64,000 nt of DNA, taken from NCBI RefSeq assembly GCF_964355755.1, contig NC_092670.1:1974201-2038200 (forward strand). The letters run 5' to 3'. Source of the stretch: Antedon mediterranea (lineage: Eukaryota > Animalia > Echinodermata). Shown here piece after piece: positions 1 through 11,305 of the stretch (the stretch's first letter is position 1; each line of letters opens with the position of its first letter). The notes beneath the pieces were generated by a model that was not told the DNA's origin, ran no database searches, and saw only the letters and a list, made by a program, of their open reading frames with translations. A program made the position numbers and the translations under genes.

Positions 1-425
1 CTAAAAATGTAAATAACGTGGGTCACTTATTTTCATCTTTACAGTAAATTTCAATCTGTTATAGCTCGTCATCAGAATAAAAAGTGATAATCATGATTAA
101 AACGTTTTCTGGAAGCTATTTGGATTGTAGATACGAATTCATGTAAACATTTTGCCAATCAGATGTTGTGACGTCATCATATGGCCAGTTGAATAAAAAA
201 AGTCGTATTTTCATATTTTGCGTAATAGTTCATTCATTTAAAAGGGTGCGCATCTATATTTTACGTATTCAAATTTCTTCTACACGTTAATATGTTGTTC
301 CTCAGATAATTTTCTTCTGAAATTGCAATCTAAGTGTTTCATTTTGATATCGTCGCCATGTTAAAAATTGGAATAAATGGCGGGTCCCGTAATTTCACCT
401 ATTCTACACTGTATGTAATATGTAG
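1..425 (+). repeat. Diverged copy of the repeat at ~4990-5330 (probable Helitron/Helentron-type non-autonomous element body)
   Basis: gtgacgtcatcatatggccagttgaata...gcgcatcta (~167-260) aligns with gtgacgtcatcgtatggccactcgaata...gcgcatctc (~5067-5155). tttcacctattctacactgtatgta (~393) matches tttcacctattctgcactgtatgta (~5291). Confidence 0.6.
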
Positions 426-456
426 CCTATACAGATTATACTGTTTGCATGTATAT

Positions 457-2613
457 CACACTCACGTCATATTGCGAATTTTGGACAAAAAGTGTTTTGA
501 GAGCGCTTTTGATTTAAACATTAGCGCGAGCCTATCTTTACCGCTGAGAAACCCGAAGACTTTACGCGAGCGAGACGAACTGACTAAGAACATTATTACT
601 ATAGATTTTCACTTCATACACGCTTATTATTGAACAATAGTTAGTATAAATATCTACTAGTTAATTAGAGACATTCGATGTTACTAAGAATACTAAAGAA
701 ATTACTTATAATACAAATTTAAAAGATTTATAACGATTCTAGTTTAGGTAACATTCGCCCATTAACAATGAAAACAAACAAATCCTGCGTAGGAAATCGC
801 GGAACTCTAAAAACTTTGTTTTAATATCACGCTAAAATTGTTTCCGAATTTTTAAATACATATTTGTAAATATTATGTTAAATTTCAATATCTTTACTTT
901 TAATCCTCAAAAAATCAAAATGTTGATATTTTTTAAAAGAATTTTATGATCATTTGAAATCGGGTATATTTACTATCGATCGCGCTCCGCCGGTGCCCGA
1001 GTAGGTGTGTACGCGTCGCTTTTGCAGGCTCTATTCCCAGTAGCGAGTTTCGGTCGCGCTAACATAAGCAATGTTTTCTACATTTACATGCATTAGGGGT
1101 AAATTATGTTTAATTGTTTTTACCGCATAACAAAATTCCCAAATTTATTTCTTTTCTTGCCTAACCGTTTCTGTCACCCTAAAATCAAATGCTTTAACTG
1201 CATAATTTTAAGCGACAATAACATACAAATAGGCCTACTATGATTTGATCACTTCTGCGCAATACTTTAAAGTTGTTGTATACAATTATTTTAAGAATAT
1301 AAAAAAAAACACACAGAAACTAATAAAATGGCAACTAATTGAAAAGTCAAACTCATTTATTTCATCAATTAAATATTTGAAAAAAATCAAATCAAGTAAG
1401 GTACTGCTGTGTAGGCCTTAAATATGATTACTGTATTTTTTTAGTTTTAATTTGTATAATGGCCTAGGCCTAATAATATAGTACTAACAACATGTTTATT
1501 TCTAAAGGCAAGAATAACAAACAGCTTTATTTATTTACCTTCAATATTAAATCTATGAGAAACCTCAATTATGAGAATCATTTAAATTTCTGTCACCGTA
1601 CATTTCATTATAATGAAAACCTTTAATTTAAAAGACATTTAATTAATAAGAGCTCATGGTCAAATTTTTTTTAATGTCAACATGCTGTCCATAAATAGCC
1701 GCTTTCAAGTGATGCAAATGTTTTCTGGAGTCAGATCCTATAAAAAATATAGAAATATAAAAAGTATGTTAATTTAAATATGTATTTGAAAGATGGGCTA
1801 GAGGTATAGGCCTACTGCATGATAAATTAGGCTGAAAAACTTAGCATGTGGTCCTAGGCCTACTACAAGGCCTAGCTTGATGTTTTAAATCCCATAAAAC
1901 GTTTGAATTTAATACAAGTACAAAATCTAATTTATATAGAGTTGTAAAGTGTGGTACATTCAGTACATTAATTAAAATAAATGAGAATGGGGCCTAATAT
2001 TAATAAATAAACATGTAAAAAAATTGGCCTAAACGACTACGTGTGTATCTTATACGCATTGATTAACACGCAGTACGCGTTGGACCATCAAGGCTAGGCC
2101 CAGCTTCGCACAAACCACCGTTATACATGTGATTTGTTTACCTATTTCAATCGCCATTTAAAAAATACATGAAAATATCAACATGCCCATTTTTTGTCAA
2201 ACGAATATTTACATTACATAGGCCTAGTAACTTTTTATTTAGTCACTCGTTTACTCAAAAATTGAGGAATTTTTTTATGGTCTCGTAAAAATGTACAATA
2301 TTATTATTGATAAAAACCGTATAAAATCTAACAAAAAGAAGAGCAAATTCAATGATTACCTGACACGATCATAACTGCTATCCTGTTCCAAAAACCAAGT
2401 CACATGCTTCTTCAACCCTTGCTTTAATTATTCTCATGAATTATTCATAAGGAACTATAATTTAAGGCTTTCAATTGGTTAAAAGAGTTTAACCCTATTA
2501 AAATTTTAAATTCACATCATTTCCGGGTGATGTTGTCGCGCTTCGATGAATCTCAGAAATCACAAATGACCGCTAGAGGGCTCACTACTTTTTGTCTAGT
2601 CTAAATGAATGTG
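457..2613. mobile_element. Putative non-autonomous DNA transposon with CAC...GTG termini (Chapaev/CMC-like)
   Basis: Left end cacactca...ggacaaaaagtg is compared with the right-end reverse complement cacattca...agacaaaaagtag. ATAT flanks both sides (453-456, 2614-2617). The TIR is short and imperfect, and there is no ORF. Confidence 0.4.
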
Positions 2614-2703
2614 ATATACTATATGACGCAAAATTGACAGAATTCAGCACTAACAGCATATAGACAGGTTCCATTTCTCAAAAAACGGCCTAGAAAACGA
2701 ATC

Positions 2704-4195
2704 AAGAAGCATTTTTGGGTAGAAGCTGGGATCCACTTGGTTTAGGATATTTCGACCTCGCTGATTACGAATATGGCGGATCCCAAGCGAAATTCGGCCA
2801 TCTAAGCCCTTAATTTGCATAATTAAAAATGGCGGCCATTTTTTATAATTACCCTATATCTCGAGAACCACTAGTCACAGATAATTAATTTTGGTGTCAA
2901 AATGTTTTAAATATATGGTTTTATATTCACTTTAATGACACATTTTCTCAAAAAATTGATGCAAGTCGTATTTCTGACATTTTGACCTTTGACCTTGATT
3001 TATCGTATCTCAGTAACCAATAATCGGAGAAACACGAAATAGGGCTCAAATTGTTCAGAAACTATACATTCATATTTATTATAATGAAATGTTTTTACAA
3101 AAAATGGCCGATTCTACAACTATTGACCTTTGAACTATTAGTCAAATATAATAATATAATAATAATATAACTTTGAAAATTGTGGTCTTATGAATTTTTT
3201 TTTCTTTTTAAATTGTTTAAAACATGTGTGTTTCTATCCAGTCTAATGGCATATTTTGTACAAGAATGGCCGATAGTATGGTTATTGACCTTTTAACTAC
3301 AGCATAGGCCTACTGTATACTAAATATAATATAATTGCATAACTATGAAATTATTTATACACAATAATAATTAGTAACATTATAAAATTCACTGCCATCA
3401 AATATGATGTGGCAGGTAATTTTAAATTTCAACAAATGTAACTTGCGTGTTCAATTTTTTTTTAAATCTATATAAATCATAACACATCATATTTGATGGC
3501 AGTGAATTTTATAATTTTACTAATTATTATTGAGTATAAATAATTTCATAGTTATGCAATTATATTATATTATATTCAGTATACAGTAGGCCTATGCTGT
3601 AGTTTAAAGGTTAATAACCATACTATCGGCCATTCTTGTACAAAATGTGCCATTAGACTGTATAGAAACACACATGTTTTAAACAATTTAAAAAGAAAAA
3701 AAAATTCATAAGACCACAATTTTCAAAGTTATATTATTATTATATTATTATATTTGACTAATAGTTCAAAGGTCAATAGTTGTAGAATCGGCCATTTTTT
3801 GTAAAAACATTTCATTATAATAAATAAGAATGTATAGTTTCTGAACAATTTGAGCCCTATTTCGTGTCTCTCCGATTATTGGTTACTGAGATACGATAAA
3901 TCAAGGTCAAAGGTCAAAATGTCAGAAATACGACTTGCATCAATTTTTTGAGAAAATGTGTCATTAAAGTGAATATAAAAACATATATTTAAAACATTTT
4001 GACACCAAAATTAATTATCTGTGACTAGTGGTTCTCGAGATATAGGGTAATTATAAAAAATGGCCGCCATTTTTAATTATGCAAATTAAGGGCTTAGATG
4101 GCCGAATTTCGCTTGGGATCCGCCATATTCGTAATCAGCGAGGTCGAAATATCCTAAATCAAGTGGATCCCAGCTTCTACCCAAAAATGCTTCTT
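2704..4195. repeat. ~1.5-kb near-perfect palindrome (arms 2704-3411 and 3483-4195, 71-bp spacer)
   Basis: aagaagcatttttgggtagaagctgggatcc at 2704 is the reverse complement of ggatcccagcttctacccaaaaatgcttctt ending at 4195. The arms match along their length with a handful of substitutions and one ~5-nt indel. Confidence 0.95.
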
Positions 4196-4273
4196 ACATC
4201 ATATTTCAGAGGAAATAGAACTTGTCTAATATCATATTCTTCAGTTCTTGTAATAATGGCAATGCCATTATCT

Positions 4274-4364
4274 TTATCTGTGTGCAATATTCCAACGTAT
4301 GACGTGCACGTGGCGTTTGTCGTGCGGATAACTAACTCGTCAATGTGACGAGTTTCATGTCTAG
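4274..4364 (+). mobile_element. Helitron-type 3' terminus (hairpin + CTAG)
   Basis: A 9-bp hairpin aactcgtca-atg-tgacgagtt (4334-4354) is followed by 6 nt and then CTAG|T. The preceding ~60 bp is shared with 5703-5791. Confidence 0.6.
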
Positions 4365-5791
4365 TTCTTCTTTCCTTCCACGAATTTTGTTGGGAGCGTA
4401 TCTCTAATTCTGGCCAACATAAGATTGTATAACTTTGTCATAAGATTGACCTCTATCTGTAGATGTGCAAGAAACTTTTTTTTTTTATTTTCGAGTCGCG
4501 CAGCGTAAGTTACGCGCTTTTTTATGAATTTCAATGATTGATCATAGATTAAAACCAAAAGTCATTTTGTATTGAAACTTGGTGAAAATTTAAGTCATAT
4601 CATGCGCAAACTTTCTATGGATTAAAAATGGCATGTTTCACAGAAAGTTACGCGCGTTTAAAATTTCAAAATGCGAAAAATCAATTTCTAATCAATTTTC
4701 TTTGCCTTTCATGTCATTTTGAGCATTTCAAAAATTTCCACGCGTGCGCATTTTTCTTACGCGCGCGTGCGCATGTAGTGCAACAATATATAATTTTTTC
4801 ACGTAATTTATGTTTTTCCAGCCTTTTCTAGTAATTTTACCAACTTTTAAACAATTTCGACTTAAAATTACGTCATACGAGCACGTGGAATTGGATAATT
4901 TGCGTACGTTTTTGATGAAAAAGTTTGAAAATTCGTCAAAATTATGCCTTTTTTTAAACAGTCATAAATTCTAAACTACATGGTGAAGTTCATTTTCTAT
5001 TACATATTATGGAAGTTGATGAGTTGTAGATATAGAATCATGCATCGATATGGCTAACTGGACATAGTGACGTCATCGTATGGCCACTCGAATATAAAAT
5101 AGCGGATTTTTGTCTCTTTCGTCATAGCTCATCACATTTAATAGAGCGCATCTCTACTTATCCGTATTCCATTTCCCCTATTTTTTATATTGTCTAGGCC
5201 AATCAATCAATATCTTTCGCATGATATACCGTTTTTAAAATTGTGATGACATCATCATGTCCAAAAGCGTCAATAACTTTGGTCACTTATTTTCACCTAT
5301 TCTGCACTGTATGTAGTACGTATACAGTGTATAGTGTATACCGTATATGCATCAGATTAATCCAACATGAATATTACTCTATATACAAGGGTGGGGTTAT
5401 AACTGACTCATCAATGTATCAACACAGTGGAAAACCTATTGGACATAAATATATTCAAAATGCGTACAACAGAAATTTATTTTTACAATGATTATTAGCA
5501 TCTATGGGAGAGCTCTCACACAATTTCAATATAAAACATTAACATTTTATTTATATCTGAATTACTCTACAACAAAATATACCACTCTTAATATTTCAAA
5601 AAACTATAATGCCATTAGAATCGGAGTTTTGGTGTGAAAGGGGTATTAGACGTGACACAAAATAGAGAGCGCACTAAAATTGTTTAAATGGCATAATCGT
5701 TTTTCTGCGCGCAATATTCTAACGTATGACGTGCACGTGGCCTTTCGGTGCGGATAACCTAACTCGTCCGTAGTGACGAGTTCAAATCTAG
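4365..5791 (+). mobile_element. Helitron/Helentron-type non-autonomous unit ending in a second hairpin-CTAG terminus
   Basis: aactcgtc-cgtagt-gacgagtt (5761-5782) is followed by caaatCTAG|T. The terminal block is homologous to 4274-4364 and an internal part is homologous to 1-425. The 5' boundary is uncertain. Confidence 0.5.
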
Positions 5792-5889
5792 TTTGATCTT
5801 GATTTTTTTCTATATCCTGCCTATGCAGCTCTTTGATTTATATATAAATAATTACTTACCTCAGAAAAAATCGAAGATTCCAAAGGTTA

Positions 5890-6168
5890 TCACTTCCGCC
5901 GTGGTAACTCACTTCCGCCGTGGCATTCTGTAATTTGCCGTGGTGTTTCATTATTAATTTGCCGTGGTGTTTCAATACTAATTTGCCATGGTGTTTCATT
6001 TTTAAGTTGCCGTGGTATTTTTGTTAAATTGCCGCGATGTTTTATTTTTAATTTGCCGTGATGTTTTATTTTTAATTTGCCGTGGCTTTTTTCAAATTGC
6101 CGTGGCTTTTTTTTTTAAATTGCCGTGATATTTTTTGAAAGTTGCCGTGACACTTATAGGCCAACGTA
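5890..6168. mobile_element. Terminal fragment of a TACG-ended DNA transposon with ~24-bp subterminal repeats (ttgccgtgg...)
   Basis: About 11 degenerate ttgccgtg units run into gtgacacttataggccaacgta, ending in CGTA. The architecture matches the ends at 12281/18681. No partner end is seen in the window. Confidence 0.55.
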
Positions 6169-6558
6169 AAATACTTACTTTGTCGACCTAAATAGGGTGA
6201 TCTAACCGCATTAGCAGGTGTGTACCGCAAACAATGCTTTACTCCATGCGAACCTCCCGCCCATTTTAATAATACAATAGTATAATAGAAGATCCATGGA
6301 CGATCCAATCGGGATACCCCGTTAATCATCATCACTCGGCGTCGTTTGAATCGATGGAAGAAGTCAAAATCACTAATGCATTACGTCTCAATGTTTGATC
6401 ACAGGGAGTTATTGACCACACACAACTTGAGGTATGTTAGTTTTATTTTGTTGTATGGTTTTAGGTATTAGATGATAATATCAATCCATGATCAATCTTA
6501 TGTTGCGTATTTTTTTAACCAATGAGTAAGACTTAATTCTCCCTTTCGAAACGACCTT

Positions 6559-7351
6559 TAGCCTGGGTGCAGAACATTATACACAGGAAAAAAGTATAGG
6601 AACATTTTTTTGGGGTTTTTTCTGATAGTATACCATATAGAATGTCACTTTTAAATTTTGGCCTATATAACACACACAAATTCCTATTAACACACACAAA
6701 TACCTATATATAGGGGATAGGGAAAATCAATTAACGGTTTTTGTTAAAAGATATTAAATTTCTACTGTTAAATATTTATTTTGTGGATAAAACATCATTT
6801 TTTGGTTAAAATTTAGCAATCAATTTTGACCAAAAAATTATGTTGTACCCAAAAATAAGTAGTTAACAGTAGAAATTAAATTTTTTTTTTTTACATGGAT
6901 ATACCCAGTGGGTTGTACACTACATGATTCATCACTTTTATGTTGGTTCGGACGTGGGGTTTGCTATGTTTTTTGGGGGGTTTGTGGGGTTTAGCAATAC
7001 CCTGTTTTTTCCCCCAAATTGGACGCCATATTGGATTCTGGCATGACGATGAAATCGTATCGACTTGATTCATCAACTACTATGAGAAATAGTTATTAAA
7101 GTAAGCCTCAGCTAATTTTAATCATCTTAACACAACTCCAAGTTAAAAAAAGCGTGAATTGGTTTTCCCTATCCCCTATAGGTATAGGCATTTGTAATTT
7201 TGTGTGTGTTATAATAGGCCAAAATTTAAAAGTGCCGTAACAAATTTTCTCCAATTTTTCTGACATTCTATGTGATATACTCTATCAGAAAAAAAATTAA
7301 ACAATTTTTCCTATACTTTTTTCCCGCAAAATTTGTACTGCACCCAGGCTA
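6559..7351. mobile_element. MITE with ~190-bp imperfect TIRs and an internal hairpin
   Basis: Ends are TA-gcctgggtgcag (6559) and ctgcacccaggc-TA (7351). Inverted homology continues inward (cacttttaaattttggccta / taggccaaaatttaaaagtg; ggggatagggaaaa / ttttccctatcccc). There is a nested inverted repeat at ~6757-6878. Confidence 0.8.
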
Positions 7352-7387
7352 CTTCCGATGCACGAGTTATTATTTTGCATGGGTAGA

Positions 7388-7536
7388 CTAGTCTTGCTCC
7401 AAGGCCACCAGTCGACGTTTCGATTGTTTCTGAAATACGGTTTACCACCTAAAGCAGTACACGTATGAAACGCCATATGTGCAAAAATATATATCTTTTT
7501 ACTAGTAAAGTCAAAACTCCGTCGGAACCCAGACTA
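7388..7536. mobile_element. End of a dispersed DNA-transposon family (...aaaactccgtc(t)gga(a/g)cccagacta); other copies at ~27955-28031 (opposite orientation) and ~32168-32249
   Basis: acgtatgaaacgccatatgtgcaaaaatat...caaaactccgtc.gga.cccagacta is seen three times in the window. Confidence 0.7.
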
Positions 7537-8214
7537 TGGGCTATTCTATTAGTATTCAATTCCAAGAACTTATTAACAAGACAAAAAGTAACACAAACAA
7601 TAATGACAAGAGATAGTCCAGAAAACGGACGAAGGCAGATCCCAGAAAGATGAGAATCTTGTGACGGGATTGCCTTTACAAATTAATTAAAAATAGATAT
7701 TATTATGAAAAATAAAAAATATGTTAATAAATTAATTACATATAATTATGAAGTGTAATTTGTCCTGTTAATATTTGGTCACAAAAGGTAGGCAACAGTA
7801 GTTTTGATAAATAAAATAATTTGTATTCATACGTACAGTATCTGTACTCCCTGTATCTCTTGTCTGACATGTCATACGGAGCCACGTTGCAGGGAGGGGA
7901 AATTTCTTATCACTGATCATTCTATCAAATATCCGGTACAGCAATACTCACATACATAATATACATATACCTGAAGAAGATGCCGATACCAGTCTTTACC
8001 TTCTGTATGTACTGTACACTGTGTATGTTTAATTACAAATTATGTCTCTGTTTTTATTTAACACAAAATAAAAATGAGAGGCAGCAGCATCAGCAGCATT
8101 GCCATTATTACCAACATTACTGCCTGCTGTCATTCCTACTAGTATATCCATCTGAAAGCTTGTTTACTGATTAATAGCCAGACATCAATCCCCATCTCAG
8201 AACAACTCACAAAC

Positions 8215-8435
8215 ATTTTATTTATTTATTTATTTTATTTTATGTCTTTAGGCAATGTGGCCAAGGATTACCAATAGTGAATTAATCACTGTCCTATCAG
8301 ATAGGTGGTAATCCCCCTGATACAGGGGCTATTGTGTGAACCAGTTCACCGGGGTAACCCCCTACTCTTTTTCGAATAATGAACTGGGTTTCTTTAAAGT
8401 ACACACAGGTTATAACTGTGTACACTGGACCTACA
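8215..8435 (-). mobile_element. SINE-like fragment; same family at ~50845-51068 and ~56255-56405
   Basis: The copies share the core acacc(g/a)gggtaaccc(c)tactc...cgaa and (gg)(t/c)tctttaaagt(a/g)cac. A (ttta/tta)n tail lies on the left. The 50845 copy ends in the reverse complement of a B-box-like GGTTCGAG. Confidence 0.6.
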
Positions 8436-9121
8436 TTACCCACTCACAAGAACACCACAACACATCATGGTTACAATTATCACATTTACCTCATTAATAA
8501 TAGCATATTCAATATGCCTGTACACAATAGTCACAATTTTTAAATAGTTCAGTCACACGACAACCAACAAAAATAGAAAATTGGTGTTTACATAGGGCCT
8601 ACACATCCGCATTATATAATTCTATTGCGGACTACCGTACCACACCCATCATCTAGTTTACACTGGGTTAGGTCCTGTCCTTCAGTGAACAGTATTAACA
8701 CACAATGGTCTCAGTTGACAAACCATAGAACAATTCAACTGTGAATATTGTAAGAAAAAAGCCAAACAGTTGAGACTGAAATTTGACTGTTACCTGTAGT
8801 ATACCGTAAAATCTGCAAAATAATAACAGAGATATATTTTTTTAAACCTCTTTATATCATTCGTTTTTCTTTCGGCACAACCAGTGATATCTCTGAATAT
8901 TTAAAAATGAAACCTATAGTAATGTATTAAGAAATTCAAACTGTACTTTCAAATGATGTTTATTACATTATTTTATTTTTGTTCACAATTTTAATTTCAT
9001 TGCTTTTTTTATGATTTGTGGTTTATTTCTTTTTGTCAGTGACTTCTTGAAAGTGTACCAATATCCAGTGGTAACAGCCAGGGAAAGTCAGATTTACTGT
9101 ACTTAATGCTATTACATAATA

Positions 9122-10933
9122 ATGAATCTATGCAAATGTGAACATTGTGGAGATAAACTTCATTTAAATGATTTGAAGATACATTTGGGAATGGATATGG
9201 AGACTAAGAATGAACTACTCAATGATAATGATTTCAAGTTGAACATTCAACCTCATCAGGAGTTTAAACTTCTTCGATGTCAAGTCAACATTGTCAGACT
9301 TGGTTTAGATTTAAATTGTGGGTGGAGCAGACATTTGGGAGAGTACACAGGAGAGACACCATATGAATGTGAACATTGTGGGAAGAAATTTAAACAGAAA
9401 GGGAATTTAAAAATACATTTGAGAATACACACAGGAGAAACACCATATTTATGTGAACATTGTGGAAAGAAATTTAAACAGATTGGGCAATTAAAAACGC
9501 ACATGAGGAGAATGCACACATACACAGGAGACACACCATATGAATGTGAACATTGTGGAAAGAAATTCAACCAGAATGACGATTTAAAAAAACATTTGAG
9601 AGTACACACAGGAGACACACCATATGAATGTGAACATTGTGGAAAGAAATTTAACCAGATTTGGAATTTGAAAATACATCTGAGAATACACACAGGAGAG
9701 AAACCATATGAATGTGAACATTGTGGAAAGAAATTCAAACGGAATAATGATTTGAAAAAACATTTGAGAGTACACACAGGAGATACACCATACGAATGTA
9801 AACATTGTGGAAAGAAGTTTAAACATGGTAGTACTTGGAGAAGACATTTGAGAATACACACAGGAGAGAGACCAAATGAATGTGAACATTGTGGAAAGAA
9901 ATTCAACCAGAATGACGATTTAAAAAAACATTTGAGAGTACACACAGGAGACACACCATATGAATGTGAACATTGTGGAAAGAAATTCAAACGGAATAAT
10001 GATTTGAAAAAACATTTGAGAGTACACACAGGAGATACACCATACGAATGTAAACATTGTGGAAAGAAGTTTAAACATGGTAGTACTTGGAGAAGACATT
10101 TGAGAATACACACAGGAGAGAGACCAAATGAATGTGAACATTGTGGAAAGAAATTCAACCAGAATGACGATTTAAAAAAACATCTGAGAATACACACAGG
10201 AGACACACCATATGAATGTGAACATTGTGGAAAGAAATTCAAACGGAATGACGATCTGAAAAAACATTTGAGAGTACACACAGGAGAGATTGGGAACTTA
10301 AAAATACATTTAAGAATACACACAGGAGAGAGACCATATGAATGTGAACATTGTGGGAAGAGGTTTAATTCTGATAGTAATTGGAAAAGACATTTAAGAA
10401 TACACACAGGAGAGAAACCATATGAATGTAAACATTGTGGAAAGAGGTTTAATGATGGTGGTAATTGGAAAAAACATTTGAGAATACACACAGGAGAAAC
10501 ACCATATGAATGTGAACATTGTGGAAAGAAATTCAAACGGAATGACAATCTGAAAAAACATTTGAGAGTACACACAGGAGAGAGACCATATGAATGTGAA
10601 CATTGTGGCAAGAAGTTCAACAAGAATTACGATTTGAAAAGACATATGAGAATACACACAGGAGAGAAACCATATGAATGTGAACATTGTGGAAAGAAGT
10701 TCAACATGATTGGTAATTGGAAAAAGCATTTGAGAATACACACAAGAGAGAAACCATATGAATGTGAACATTGTGGAAAAAAGTTCAACCAGAATTACGA
10801 TTTGAAAAGACATATGAGAATACACACAGGAGAGAAACCATATGAATGTGAACATTGTGGAAAAAAGTTCAACCAGAATTACGATTTGAAAAGACATATG
10901 AGAATACACACAGGAGAGAAACCATATGAATGA
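9122..10933 (+). CDS. C2H2 (Kruppel-type) zinc-finger array protein, 603 aa, 18 intact fingers, single coding exon
   Basis: The ORF has tandem YECEHCGKKFx5LKxHLRxH-TGE(K/T/R)P units with an 84-bp period. There is an in-frame stop upstream at 9104 and a splice acceptor at 9039. No recognisable effector domain. Confidence 0.9.
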   Translation: MNLCKCEHCGDKLHLNDLKIHLGMDMETKNELLNDNDFKLNIQPHQEFKLLRCQVNIVRLGLDLNCGWSRHLGEYTGETPYECEHCGKKFKQKGNLKIHLRIHTGETPYLCEHCGKKFKQIGQLKTHMRRMHTYTGDTPYECEHCGKKFNQNDDLKKHLRVHTGDTPYECEHCGKKFNQIWNLKIHLRIHTGEKPYECEHCGKKFKRNNDLKKHLRVHTGDTPYECKHCGKKFKHGSTWRRHLRIHTGERPNECEHCGKKFNQNDDLKKHLRVHTGDTPYECEHCGKKFKRNNDLKKHLRVHTGDTPYECKHCGKKFKHGSTWRRHLRIHTGERPNECEHCGKKFNQNDDLKKHLRIHTGDTPYECEHCGKKFKRNDDLKKHLRVHTGEIGNLKIHLRIHTGERPYECEHCGKRFNSDSNWKRHLRIHTGEKPYECKHCGKRFNDGGNWKKHLRIHTGETPYECEHCGKKFKRNDNLKKHLRVHTGERPYECEHCGKKFNKNYDLKRHMRIHTGEKPYECEHCGKKFNMIGNWKKHLRIHTREKPYECEHCGKKFNQNYDLKRHMRIHTGEKPYECEHCGKKFNQNYDLKRHMRIHTGEKPYE

Positions 10934-10998
10934 ATTTACTAGCCTCTGTTATGTGCCAATATCATTTATATTACAACACTGTATATATTATCAATTAA

Positions 10999-11305
10999 AG
11001 ATGTATTGTCCTCGAAAAATTAAGATTAATAAAATCATTTTGCAGTTTTGATAAAGTTATGCACTTCTGTAAAAAAAACCAAAAAAAAAAATTAAAAAGT
11101 ATATCACTTAAAAGACAAAAGAAATGGTTAATTTTAACCAAAAACCATTGTTTAAGAGACAATTTAAGCATTGCTTTAAATTACATTTGTTTTCAGGTAA
11201 ATTTTTTTTTTTCGATTCAGTTTTTGGTAAAAGTGAATAACTCTTTCGTGACCTGATATTAAAATGGCATATTCAACAAAAAATGTTTAGGGGACAATAT
11301 TATCT
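10999..11305. mobile_element. Kolobok-like MITE (TTAA target; AGATGTATTGTCC TIR), degenerate copy
   Basis: TTAA|agatgtattgtcc ... ggacaatattatct|ctaa. Homologous to 46637-47175 and 55746-56056. Confidence 0.65.

Noticed and set aside
2567-2583. CTCF-like motif gaccgctagagggctc
   Set aside because: It is a single motif match inside a putative transposon end, and function cannot be supported from sequence alone.
9280-10909. Long antisense ORFs (447 aa and others) over the zinc-finger gene
   Set aside because: These are an expected by-product of the repetitive 84-bp finger coding sequence, with no independent protein features.
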